Part shown: positions 39,550-50,560 of the stretch, in pieces
Layout of the letters: each line of letters starts with the position of its first letter
How positions within the stretch are numbered: position 1 is the first letter of the stretch
NCBI RefSeq assembly: GCF_018350175.1
Contig: NC_058373.1
Span: 101,248,001 to 101,312,000 of the forward strand
DNA from: Felis catus
Taxonomy: Eukaryota
Direction of reading: 5' to 3'
Length of the DNA: 64,000 nt
The notes under the pieces: model-generated
What the model was told of the DNA's origin: nothing
The model's database searches: none
What the model saw: only the letters and a program-made list of their open reading frames with translations
Translations under genes and position numbers: made by a program

Positions 39550-42500
39550 TTTCTTCCAGCCCCTCTGAGTCACGTGAACGCAGAGGGCCCGCCCCGCGCA
39601 CGGAGGAGCCCGCCCTTCCCGCAGCGGGCGGCGAAAGGGCCCGCGCGCCCTCCCCCCGCGGCCCCGCCCCCTCGAGGAGAGGCCAACCCCCGCGCCGGCC
39701 GCCAGAGCCGCCTGCGGTCCGGGAGGAGCTCCGGGCGGCGCTCGGAGCAGCCCCCGGCCGGTCCCCGGGAGCAGTACGCGGCGGAGCGAGGTTCTCGCTT
39801 CTACCTGCGGCGTTCGGTGCAGCGGGCCGGGCCCTCGCCCCCGACCTGAAGCCGGAGGATCTGGGGCTTACTGTACGGGCTGCGCCTCTTGGCGCGAACT
39901 CGGTTCAAGTGGGGCCGGGAGCGGGGGCGGCGTCCCGGCAGCTCAAAGCCTCACCAACCGAGGGGCACTTAAAAAGGAAAGCGCTTCGGGACACACAAAC
40001 GGGCGCGCGCGCACGCACCCCGCCACTTCCTCCCCGGGGTCTCCGCGAGGCCAGATATTTCTTCCAGCGACAGCCGGTCACCCCCAGGCGAACGCCTGCG
40101 AGTGCTCAGAGGAGCCAGGCTGGTGCTGGAGCTCCTAGCCCAAAGCTGCCACCCCTGTCACGCACCGGGCCGGAGGGGGAGGTGTTGGGCGGAGATCGGT
40201 GTGGGAAAGTGGGGAGGGAGCGGCCGTGGGGCTATTTTCTGCGCTCCCATTTCGGAGAATCTCCGCACCGCGTCGGCCGGGGGGTCCTCTCCGAGCAAAG
40301 CAAATCCCCAAAGAAAGCGGTCGGCGGGCCATTCAAGGCGGAGGGGAGGACTCAAAAGGAGACGTCGCCGCGGAAAGAGCGCATCACAAGTTTCAGGTCT
40401 TAATGTCGCTGAGGTTTTACAACTCCCGACCCAGCGCAGAAACGAAATCCCGCTGCGTTCCAAGGAGTCGAGAAAACCGTGAACGGATTTCGGCCTGCGC
40501 TCGACCTCTGTGTCTGCGTCTCTCCCTCTCTCTCTCTCTCCAGATTGTCTTATTTTTGAAACCACCACTCCTCCCCCCCCCGCCACTTCCTTCCCCCACC
40601 CCCTTCCTCCTTTGCACCAGCTGCAGAGTCGCAGCAAATATTTCTTCAAGAATTCTACCAACCCACAGCTCGAGGAACTACCAGGATGTCCTGCCTAACG
40701 GGAGATGCTGCAGGCGTGGGTCGTTCTGCACTGGGGCCTTTTCGAAAATCTGTCCCGGGCGACTCTGCGTCGGCCCCGGCCCGCGCCGGGTCCCGAGCCC
40801 CGGACTCCCGCTCCCGTGGCCACTGCACCCGGCCTCCCTTCCCTGCGGCTCTTCCCAGTTCCAGCCTCCAGTCGTTTCAAGAGACGGGAAGCTCAACTTG
40901 CCCGCCTCTCTCCCTCAAACTTGGTTTCCTTCTCGGGGGCACTCGCGGGAAGCCTTTGAGGAAGAGTAAGGAATCAAGCTCTTAGCCCTCCCTCCGAGCC
41001 CGGGCTGCCCGGCGCCACCCGGCACCGCCGGCCAGGGTGTGGAGGCCGCGGGCGCCGCTGCGCGACGGTCGGCGCCCCAGGAGCGCCGCGCCGCTTCTTG
41101 AGCGGCTCTCCGGTTTTCCTGCTCCCGTGCCACCGCAGGGTCTGACTGCGAAAGGGCTGGGAGAGCAAACGGGTTATTTGAGACGCCGGGAACCCTAAAA
41201 AAAAAAAAAAAAAAAAGCCCCGTGGGAGGAGCTGTAGAAATGGGAAAAGCAGACGGGGAAGAGCAAGTCCCCGCGGGGCGAAGGGCCGGTGGAAGGGGCG
41301 GGCGCCCGGGATCCCCGGACAATCCTCTGCCCCAAGGAATCTCCCAGGGCGGCGGCGGGAGCGCGCGGCGCTAAAACCCGGAGGCTGGACCAAGAGCGGG
41401 TTGCGTTTCAATTTCAGATTCCGTAGGATTCGTCGCTAATCACGTTTTCCTCCCCCAATCCGCCCCCCTCATTTTTTGAAATAAAAAGATAAACGTCGAA
41501 AAGGATATTCGTCTCCAGAACTTTTTCTTGGGAGTGGGGGGAGGCAGGGATGCAACTCGTGACGATTGTCCTTTACTTCCCCGCGCGAGTCTTCTTCCGA
41601 CGCCGAAGTTGGCCCAGAGGTGGCCTCAGTTTACTAAGTCTACGTTTGCGGAGGGGGTGGGGGAGCTTAACGTCTCACAAAGCTTTCAGCCCACAAACTG
41701 CGATCTTCACAGTCCATCCACCTAAGCGGTGCCCAGGAAGCGTCGGAAGCGTCGGGCCCGACTCCCGCAGGGAGGGGTCCACAAGGACCCAGGAATCCCA
41801 GGGCTCTTGCCAGTCGGCTCTGGGCAAGGAGGACCAGCAAGAGCCTGGGTCCGTAGCGCGTCTCGCCAGCGACTCCCCATGGGCCACGACACCGCAGGAA
41901 GACGCGTGCCCGGAGCGCGAGGCATCCTGACCATGGTCCCTACAGACCCTACACCAGGAAACGATAGGGGAGAGGCTCCTTGGAGGCTGCAAGTTCATGA
42001 AAATAGCTTGTGCAGCAGGCCCGTCGTGCAGCGGCATATCGCGTGCTCTCAAGGGCTCCCGCCGGCTGGGGGCCGGGTCGGGTGACACTCCCCTCGACGC
42101 AGCCCCTCTGGCGGCGCGCAAGATCCGGAGGCTGCAGGACCGCGCTCCCCGCGAGAGAACCAGCCCTGGTTAGGTGTTCTTTCTCCACCTCGCGGTCCCC
42201 CGGCCCTCTCACACTCTCAGGACCTCGGAGCCGACACTCCTTTCTCTCCCGGCCCTTCCCGTCCGGGGATCGCAAACGCCAGTGCCCTCGCAACGCGTTC
42301 GTCTCAGGACCCCTCAGTCTTTCCCAGCGACCCGCAACTAGAGGCTCCTCTTTTTCCCTTCTCTTCTGCTCCGAACCTATCAAAGGTGGAAACGGCCCGG
42401 GGCCGCCGGACGGAGAAAGTGGCCTGGGTAGAGACAGCAGAAGACGAGGAAGTGCCTTTCAGCGCCAGCATCCCTACCTCTAGCACCACGGTTGGAGAAA

Positions 42501-43200
42501 AAATAGGCCACCTTTAGCGGTGGCCACAGGCTGAGCCCCCCCGCCGTTCCCCCCAAGGATGCTCCCCGGCCCCCTCTGCCCGGCTCCCCTCGCCAGGTAG
42601 CCTTGCTCACCATAGGTCCCTTCAGTAGCGGGCTTGCCAGCAGCAGCTCCCGGGGACCTCTGAACGGCTGCAGTGAACCTGGGCAAGGACCGAGGACTGG
42701 GGCGCTGCAGGCTCGAGACGGCGCGGACGGGAATCCCATCAGGGAGAGAGGCGAGCTACTCAGCCCCGAGCGGCCGCAGCGTCTCAGGCTCTCGTCCCTC
42801 GGCTCGGGTGCCACACTCACCTAGCTTCGGGACAGGGCTCCGCTCTCCTTCCCTCCCTCCCTCCTCCTCTGCCCTCGTGCATCTTCTCCTTCCCCCTCTT
42901 TCCCTCGCTCCCTTTCTTTCTTTCCTTCCTCCTCCTCTTCCCCGGCAGCCCCTCCCTTCTTCCCTCCGCCCTCGCTCGCCTCCCTTTCTGAGATGGGAGC
43001 CCCGCCCACATCCTCCCATCCAGCCGCCGGGCCTCGCCTCGCAGGCCCGGGTCCCGGAAGCCCGGGCTGCGCCGGAGTCCACAGCTGCTGCCCCGGCCCG
43101 GACGGTGCTGCCTCCAGCCCGGGGAAGCGGCCGGGGCTCACCTGGGGACCACGTGCAGAGGTACTAGAAAGCATGCACCGACTAGTCGCCGTTCCTTCCA
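39550..43200. promoter_or_regulatory. BMP4 promoter / intron 1 CpG island
   Basis: Very GC- and CpG-rich; many GC boxes; CACGTG E-boxes at 43150-43155 and 39571-39576. Confidence 0.9.
42611..43000 (-). other. BMP4: BMP4 exon 1(A) with two alternative 5' splice donors (short form ends 42821, long form ends 42611)
   Basis: GA-rich leader; donors GAAGCTAG|gtgagt and GGGACCTATG|gtgagc; both resemble recalled human BMP4 5'UTR variants; 5' end uncertain. Confidence 0.8.
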
Positions 43201-44860
43201 AAAATACCCATGGGAGTCTGGGCTTCCCCGAGTTTAGAGTAACTGCAGCCCAAACTGATGATTAAAACACTGAGTAATCACCATTTACCCCGAGTAATTA
43301 GAGATAATGAAACACCTCTAAAATCAGGTTATGGAAAAAGGAGCTGTTGGATTGGCTTAAAGAGTGGCCTTCCATAAACTGTTAAAGGATTTCCAAACTG
43401 AGAAACAGGCTGTGCGCAGAACTGTGCGCGCTAAGAGGTACTTCTTTGGCTATTGAAAGGTCACCTTACTTCCAAAACATTTTTTTAAATGCTTCTTGTG
43501 GAAAGCCTTGGCGATGACCAAAACAAGATGGCCCCAATAAACAGTCTGGTTTCCCCTCTGCGACCCCAGGCCTAGCACTTTTGAGGACAGAGGTGGTGTG
43601 GAGACAGGCTGGGGCCATGTTTTTACAGTTAGAAAAGTCTGCTTATTGTAACATAAGAACCACCACAGCAGTAATTTTTGTTGTTATTGTTGTTTATTTG
43701 TGGTGTGCCTAGGAATACTGTTAACCTCAGCAAACTGACCTTCTGAGGAGGTAACAACCACTAAAGCCTTTTTGGCCACAGGGAGACAAGAAAAGATACC
43801 CTTTGTTCTGTTTTTAAAGGAAGAAAAAGGGTGAAGAGTTGGCCCTGTCCTTCGAGAAAGTGTTAGTAATTGTATTAGCAGGGAGGTGGAATGTGTGCTC
43901 TAAAACCTTCCCAAACAGGAGCTACTTTCACACAGTGTCTCTGATGAAGCAGTGCGGGAGACAGCAGCAGCATCCCTCTGGTGTACAAACGCAGAAGGGG
44001 AAGGACAGCCAGGTTCCAGGAACTTGCCCACAGCCCTGCAGTAAATCACAGCCTCTGCTCTGGAGTCCTGAGCTAATACTGCAGGGCGGGGCTGAGGGTC
44101 ACAGCCCAGAGCTCCAGGTAGCCAGGCAGTGCTGGAGGACTGAGCATTTCCTGTCCTGGATTTTTTTTTACCCTGGGATCCATACTAACTTCGCTGTCTC
44201 AGCAAAATATTTAGATCTTTACTTAAACAGGTATTGGTCCTGCGTACCTCACTATAAAAACTTTACATTTACACTGTACCTTCAATATTCAGAAAACAGG
44301 CACGACTTCCTATGTGGAACACAGATGACCAAGTGGAATTGCACGAAATCAGGGGAACAGCGATGAGGGCAGGGCCAAGATGTCCTGCCATCTTTTCCAA
44401 GTTAGGCCTGTGAGGTCTGTTAGCCCCATAATGCCCCAAACAACAAAACAATCTGTATGACTTTGAGCACTTCCTTTAATTCCCGTGGGTCTCAGTTTCC
44501 ATACCCCCTCTCAATTTAAAAATGATTGAACTTTTTTATTGAAATTCATTAAACATCCATCTTCTTTCATTTTAAATCACTCCTGAGCCCACTTCTTCTA
44601 AGAAGCTCTGATTAAACAGGGCAGGGCAATACTACCACCCTGAAAGATGGCCGACAATATCCCTCCAGCTTCCAGCGTAATCAGAATCACACCCATAAAC
44701 AATAACAAAATTCAAATTCCATTGAAGAGTTACCTAGTGTCCATGCGGGGGCATTAGGTTCCTTTAGCACACTGCCTAAAGGAAGGACAGAGCAAATGTT
44801 CACCATGCCCCCTCAAATAATTAGTATTGTTTAGTATTGTTTTAAATTATTTTTAAAAAA

Positions 44861-45528
44861 TTTTTAACATTTATTCATTTTTGAGAGACAGAGTGTGAGT
44901 GACAGAGGGGCAGAGAGAGAGGGAGACACAGAATCCGAAGCAGGCTCCAGGCTCTGAGCTGTCAGCACAGAGCCCGACGTGGGGCTCGAACTCACAGAGT
45001 GTGAGATCATGACCTGAGCCGAAGTCAGACGCTTAACTGACTGAGCCACCCAGATGCCCCTTAAATTATGTTTTAACTTTATTTATTTTGAGAGACAGAA
45101 CACAAGCAAGGGGTGGGCAGAAAGAGAGAGAGAGATTCCCAAGCAGGTTCTGCACTGTCAGCACAGAGTCCTAAGTGGGGTTCGAACTCAAGAACCATAA
45201 GATCATGACCTGAGCCAAAACCAAGAGTCAGATGCTTAACCAACTAAACCACCCAGGCGCCCCTGTTTAGCATTGTTTTAATCATCAACGAAATGTGTTC
45301 CTTAATATTTAAACTCAAAAACAACATGATATGCTGTGTTTAATAGCAGGGCTTTCGGGTGCCTCTGTGGCTCAGTAGGTTAAGCATCGACTTCAGCTCA
45401 GGTCATGATCTCATAGTTAGTGAGCTCAAACCCCACAATAGGTTTCTCGCTGGCAGTGTGCAGCCTGCTTAGATTTCTCTCTCCCTCTCTCTCTCTCTAA
45501 GTAAATAAATAAACTTAAAAAAAAAAAA
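44861..45528. mobile_element. Cluster of three CanSINEs: 44861-45060 (-), 45071-45263 (-), 45357-45528 (+)
   Basis: Three head/CT/tail units. Confidence 0.9.
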
Positions 45529-45566
45529 CTCTAAAAAAATGCAAGGCTTTATTTTAAGGCATGAGA

Positions 45567-45568
<2 letters not shown>

Positions 45569-45610
<42 letters not shown>
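45569..45610. repeat. (GT)n microsatellite ~2.5 kb upstream of BMP4
   Basis: Direct. Confidence 0.95.
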
Positions 45611-45611
<1 letters not shown>

Positions 45612-46208
45612 CACTCAAATGCTTTTGGATAACTGCTATTATCTCATGTGACCAAAGCCTAAATACTAAAATGGCCATTGGCCCACCCATGAGTGTGTGA
45701 AACTCACAGTCCAGGAGTTTCTAATTAAGCCAACTGACATACGTTTAGACTCCTATAGGAACCTTTAGATGTGTGATGGAAGAACTCAGCTTCCGTTCTC
45801 TCTGGACAACTTTATACCCAGCCCACATTGTATGCAGTGCAAACCATCTATTACCACCTCCCTTTATTCACTCCTCTTTTCCTTTTTACTTCCAATCTCT
45901 CGTGCCAAAGAAGAAATCACTCGTTGCTTAGAGAACTAAATCCATCACAGCCTAGTGGTCAGAGTTGGTGAGGGAAATCAGTCCCTATCTGGAGCTTACT
46001 TGTGAATCTTGGTGTTTTTATAGAACATAATATAGCTGGGCCAAATGAAACTGTATCTCTTTGAGTCATTTAGATTAGGAGGAGAAATCTATTGTAATTC
46101 AAGAGTTGACTATTCCTCTTCTGCTGCTCCTGTTGAATGAAGGGCATTTGTTTGGGTTTTTCCTGGAAAGCATCAAGAAAGAGTAGCTCCACTGCAAGCC
46201 CTTAGGAC

Positions 46209-46363
46209 AGTCTTTCTCAAGGTGTGTTCCGAGGACCTTAAACTTCAGAACGAGGCTGGAGGTGCTGATAAAATGCATATCTCCCAGCCTTGCCTGGCTC
46301 AGATGTACATCTTTCACAAGGTTTCCTGATAATTCTGAGCACACTAAAGCTTGAGAACTACTG
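46209..46363. mobile_element. MER5-like hAT MITE
   Basis: cagtctttctcaa...ttgagaactactg inverted termini. Confidence 0.65.
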
Positions 46364-46384
46364 TTGTAAAAGTTATTTCATGTA

Positions 46385-46590
46385 GGGGTGCCTGGGTGGC
46401 TGAGTCAGTTAAGCGTTTGACTTCGGCTCAGGTCACGATCTCACAGTTCATGGGTTCGAGCCCCGCATCGGGCTCTGTGCCAACAGCTGGGAGCCTGGAG
46501 CCTGCTTCGGATTCTGTGCCTCCCTCTCTCTCTGCCCCTCCCCCACTCGAGCTCTGTGTCTCTCTCTCTCTCAAAAATAAACAGTAAAAA
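46385..46590 (+). mobile_element. CanSINE
   Basis: TSD aaaagttatttcatgta. Confidence 0.92.
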
Positions 46591-46989
46591 AAGTTAATGA
46601 GAAAAGTTATTTCATGTATATTTTCAAGGCTGATAGATACCATTAAAAGGCTGATACCTGGACATTATTTAACAGGCAAGGAAGATGCTTGGCTTGTGCT
46701 TTATAAGCTATTAAATATGGTAATTATGGTTTTCCTATGTCCAGAATACACCAAATAGGTCTTCGTAAGTGAAAAGATTTCTAACCCTGTCGGTGTAGTG
46801 GTCCTTACTTCAAGGTCCTTGATTAAGAACCACATCAAGTCATCAAATCTTTGCCAATTAAGTGTCTGCTGAAGCTATGGAGGGATATTTTGAAGGACTC
46901 CCCAGTCTTGGTGACTTAAGAAGCAGTAAGATAGATGAATTAGAATTGGAATTGCAAGGGATCTCTGAAACTTTTCTCTTATTAATTCA

Positions 46990-48430
46990 TTCTTTTTTCT
47001 CTTATTAATATTTGCCATTTGTTACGTATTTGCTGTCTAGTCCTCACAACAACCCTCATAAAATCCTTGTTACACAGAGGAGAATCTGAAATTTAGACAG
47101 GTCTTATAAGTCTCTCAAGGTCACAGAGCTAGTAGGTCGGGGACCCAAAATGCAGACCCTGTCAGTTGGTCTCCACCTCCACATGCAGTTAGCTGGGCTT
47201 GCGGAGGGATGGATCCCCATGGCCCAGCTTCTGAGTAAATAAGTCTTGCCCTGGAGGCTTTCCCAAGGCCTAGGCATCAGCAGATGCTGTATCCTTACAG
47301 CATGCTGTTACAGAGAATTTCTGGGTATCTTCCCAGTTCTTAGAAGACAGAACAAAATCAAGACCCAGAAGCTTATCTCCTCCTGATCTTATTACATAGC
47401 CCACCTTAGGGCAAGACTTTATGTGACCTGCCCTGGGAGGAACAAGTTGTGATCTTGAGAAAGAAATGCTTACCTCTGCTGGGTCTCAATTTCCTCACTG
47501 TAAAATGTGAGGACTGACCAAGTTCTTTCTCAGGTCCCAGAATAGAGAAATCATATATCTACTAGTTAAAATCATGGTCAAATGGCTTCACCTCCAGAGT
47601 CTTGGGTTTTCTCATTTATAATCTGAGAATAACAATTTCTATTTCTTAATAGTCTTACTATAAGCATTAAATGAGTTCATGTAATAAACTGGCAGGCATA
47701 AAGTCTCAGCAAATATTAGCTATTATTTTTCTTCACAAAGGTAATGATTACAGGAGCAAAGTAGGTGAAGAGTCACTCTGGTGCTGAGTTTTATTTACTG
47801 TTAGTGATGCACTTTTTAAAGGAAGGGGTTATATCTCACATTTATTTTATAATCATTAAGGGTGGACACATCTCAGGTATTGATTGTATAAATCCTGTTA
47901 ATGTGAATCAGCACTGCGCTGAGTTAACACTCATTATGGTTTGAATATATAGATCTGACCCATGAACAAATCTCTGCAAAGATGACTAGTGGCTGTCAAA
48001 GTGGACAGGCGTTAACTACTGAGAGCAGAGAAATAATAGGCTAGATGACATAGCTGAAACATTTTCCATCTCTAATTTTTCTGATCTCTAACGTCTCTGA
48101 CTTTTAACAATTTTTCTCTCTACTTCTTGTTGAAATGTAAACCCATTTCCTTTACCCTGGTGTGAAGAAGAAATATAAGCCTCATTGCCAAGTCTTCCTT
48201 CTCTGGTTATTTGAGACCGTGGTCAACCCTTGATACACTTCACTCAAAGCTAAATAATACTGGATTCTAATATTTTCTCATGAATAAAACAAACTGTAAT
48301 ACTATTTCAGTTGCCTGTGCCTTAAATTATTGTCTTGCTACTTTCTGGAATACAGTTCTTTTTTAAAATTCCTTCAAAACAGACCATCAAATATGGACAG
48401 AGAATTCTAATCAAGACCGCAGAGAGATCA
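46990..48430. mobile_element. Mosaic of MIR fragments (~46990-47720) and CR1/L3-like relics (~48000-48430)
   Basis: tcctcacaacaaccct, caaggtcacagagctagt, tctcaatttcctcactgtaaaatg; aagctaaataa...ggacagagaattcta. Confidence 0.5.
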
Positions 48431-49739
48431 GACAGATGAAAAGACTGCTTTTATGTCTTAACATATTTAACATGTGGATGGCAGACAGGGCAAGGATATT
48501 GAAATTTCTCTCTTTCCAAAGAGGATGGCATGGCAAACAATGAAGGATATTTGGCTTGCTGTTTTAAGCTTCCCCTGCTAAAAAGTCATCAACTATACCC
48601 ACTTCTTCTATAGCAGAGATGCTCTTTAGAAATAAATTATTATGCAATGTATCGAGAAGGTTAAAACTTTGGAAATTTTCTATCTCAGCATGTACATACT
48701 CTCTTTCTCTCCCTGTTGTACCTTAACAGCGTGACCTGGATGAAAATGCAGTGTCACTATGGCATGAGTTTTGGAAGCAGGGACATCACACTGTACCAAA
48801 TGAGTTGTTATGGTTCCCCAACCAGATGTCAATTGGGCAATACCATCTAACATTCTCTCCTCAATTCAAGCTAATAGCTTTCTACCCTTTTGCAAGGAAA
48901 GTTTTGTCCAAAGGAATATGTGATTCCAGTATTTTTTCTTGTACAAATAAAACTTGGGTGTGTTTACAAATAGTCTAAATATTGCATGAGGGGGGAATCC
49001 TTTTCACCAATATCCCCCTCAAGAATAAATGTATATCATTTGTAACCCTTCAGGGATTATGTATAGATAGAACAAATATTCAAAAATGCTTGTTAATGTT
49101 CACTTTGTGAACATTCATCAAGTTGTACCATGAGATTTGTGCACTTTTCTATTCGTGTTATATATCAATAAACGTTTACTGAAAATATCCTTTTGAAATC
49201 ATTCCTTAACGTCACTTTCTTTGACCATCGTCTGAAGCCCAGAAGAAAGAGACAACGTTTCTTGTCACCTCAGGTAACCAGGGGGTCAGGAAGGGCAAAG
49301 CTAAGAGAAGCACCATCTATAGTTCCATGGTGGCCACAGCGCCAAGGAAATGGACTTGTGGCTTCAGGGAATCCACTCTGGGGCCTCCCAAAGAAGAGCA
49401 GTTGAAGCAACCAGGGCCTGGCCTCTGGGGAACAGTGCTGCCCAAGATAAGAGGGCAAGATACCTGATGTGCCCCTGCACTCTTCTGAAGCCCAGGGAGG
49501 GCCAGAACGGCTGGGCCAGAAAAGAAGCTCCTGAAGGCCTGTGCACTTTGGACTTAGCTCTTCCCCTCCCTGGCTTCTCTGGCTAAGAGGCTCCGACAGG
49601 GCATTACAATGCGTCAGTCTTGGGGGGAAGGGGGGAGGGAGGCAGGGACAGAAGTGCACTAAGCCCAAAGAAAAAATAACAGCTCTGAAGAAAGAAATGG
49701 GCTCCATCTCCAGATTCTGGGAGTCCTAGGCTTGGGGAC

Positions 49740-50560
49740 TAGGCTGCAGAGACGGGCTGGGGACCGGATAGTAATGCAGAAGACGGGGCTCCGAAGGAGC
49801 GCCTCTCGTGATGCCCAGCTCGGATGCAGACATGGCTATTAGGTGCATGTGGCCTTGCGTCCCCAGGGCCAGGCACCGAGATCACGAGACCGCGCAGGCT
49901 CCGGTTAAGAAAGCCTGCGGTGAGAGGCTGCGGGAAAGGGACCGGCCTGCGTCTGCGGAGAGCGGAGACGCACCCGGCTCTCACCCGCGGCAGGCAGACG
50001 GAGAAGGAGGCGCCGACACCCGGAAATTCCGAGGCACGCTGTCCCTTCGCCGGCTGCAGGTGCGTAGCAGGCCGGGGACGCGAGCCTCGCCAGCCCCGGT
50101 GCGTCCTCCCGGGTCAGAAGCAGGCGTGGGCTTCCCCGCGGGCCCTCCAACGAACGTCCGCCGGCGTCCCCGAGGCCCGAGGGCCACGGAGGAGGCGGAG
50201 GCTCGGGAGGTTGCGGCCCCTCTCCTCCAGCACTCCCTGCGCGTCGCGGCCCGGGGTGAGCGGCCCAAGGTGCCGGCGCCGGCTGTTGGACGCCAGCCGG
50301 CTCGCCTCCCAGGGTCCCTCCGCCGCAGCCTCCTGCCGCGCGGCGGCCTCTGGCTCTGGCCTTGGCCCCTCTGGCTCGGCGGCTGCACCTTCCTACCTGC
50401 GAGAGCTCGCCCCGCTCTCAGACTCGTTTTGCAAGATTTGTGCCCCAGGTGCCTAACCTGACCTCCACTTAAATAAACAGCGAGCGCCCCCCGCCACCTG
50501 GGCTAGCCACCCGCACAGAATTTCCGTGCACCCGCGAGAGTGACTCCACAGAGCTCCCAC
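49740..50560. promoter_or_regulatory. Orphan CpG island ~7 kb upstream of BMP4 exon 1
   Basis: Dense CpG, GC-rich, no recognisable repeat. Confidence 0.8.

Noticed and set aside
39574..43265. Many 60-256 aa Pro/Arg/Gly-rich ORFs in the promoter island
   Set aside because: Expected stop-codon scarcity in GC-rich DNA; open in several frames; no domain
43839..44366. 175-aa divergent ORF upstream of the BMP4 promoter
   Set aside because: TTG start, no recognisable domain or splice structure
49739..50461. 210- and 217-aa overlapping ORFs in the upstream island
   Set aside because: Low-complexity GC-driven ORFs with no homology I recognise
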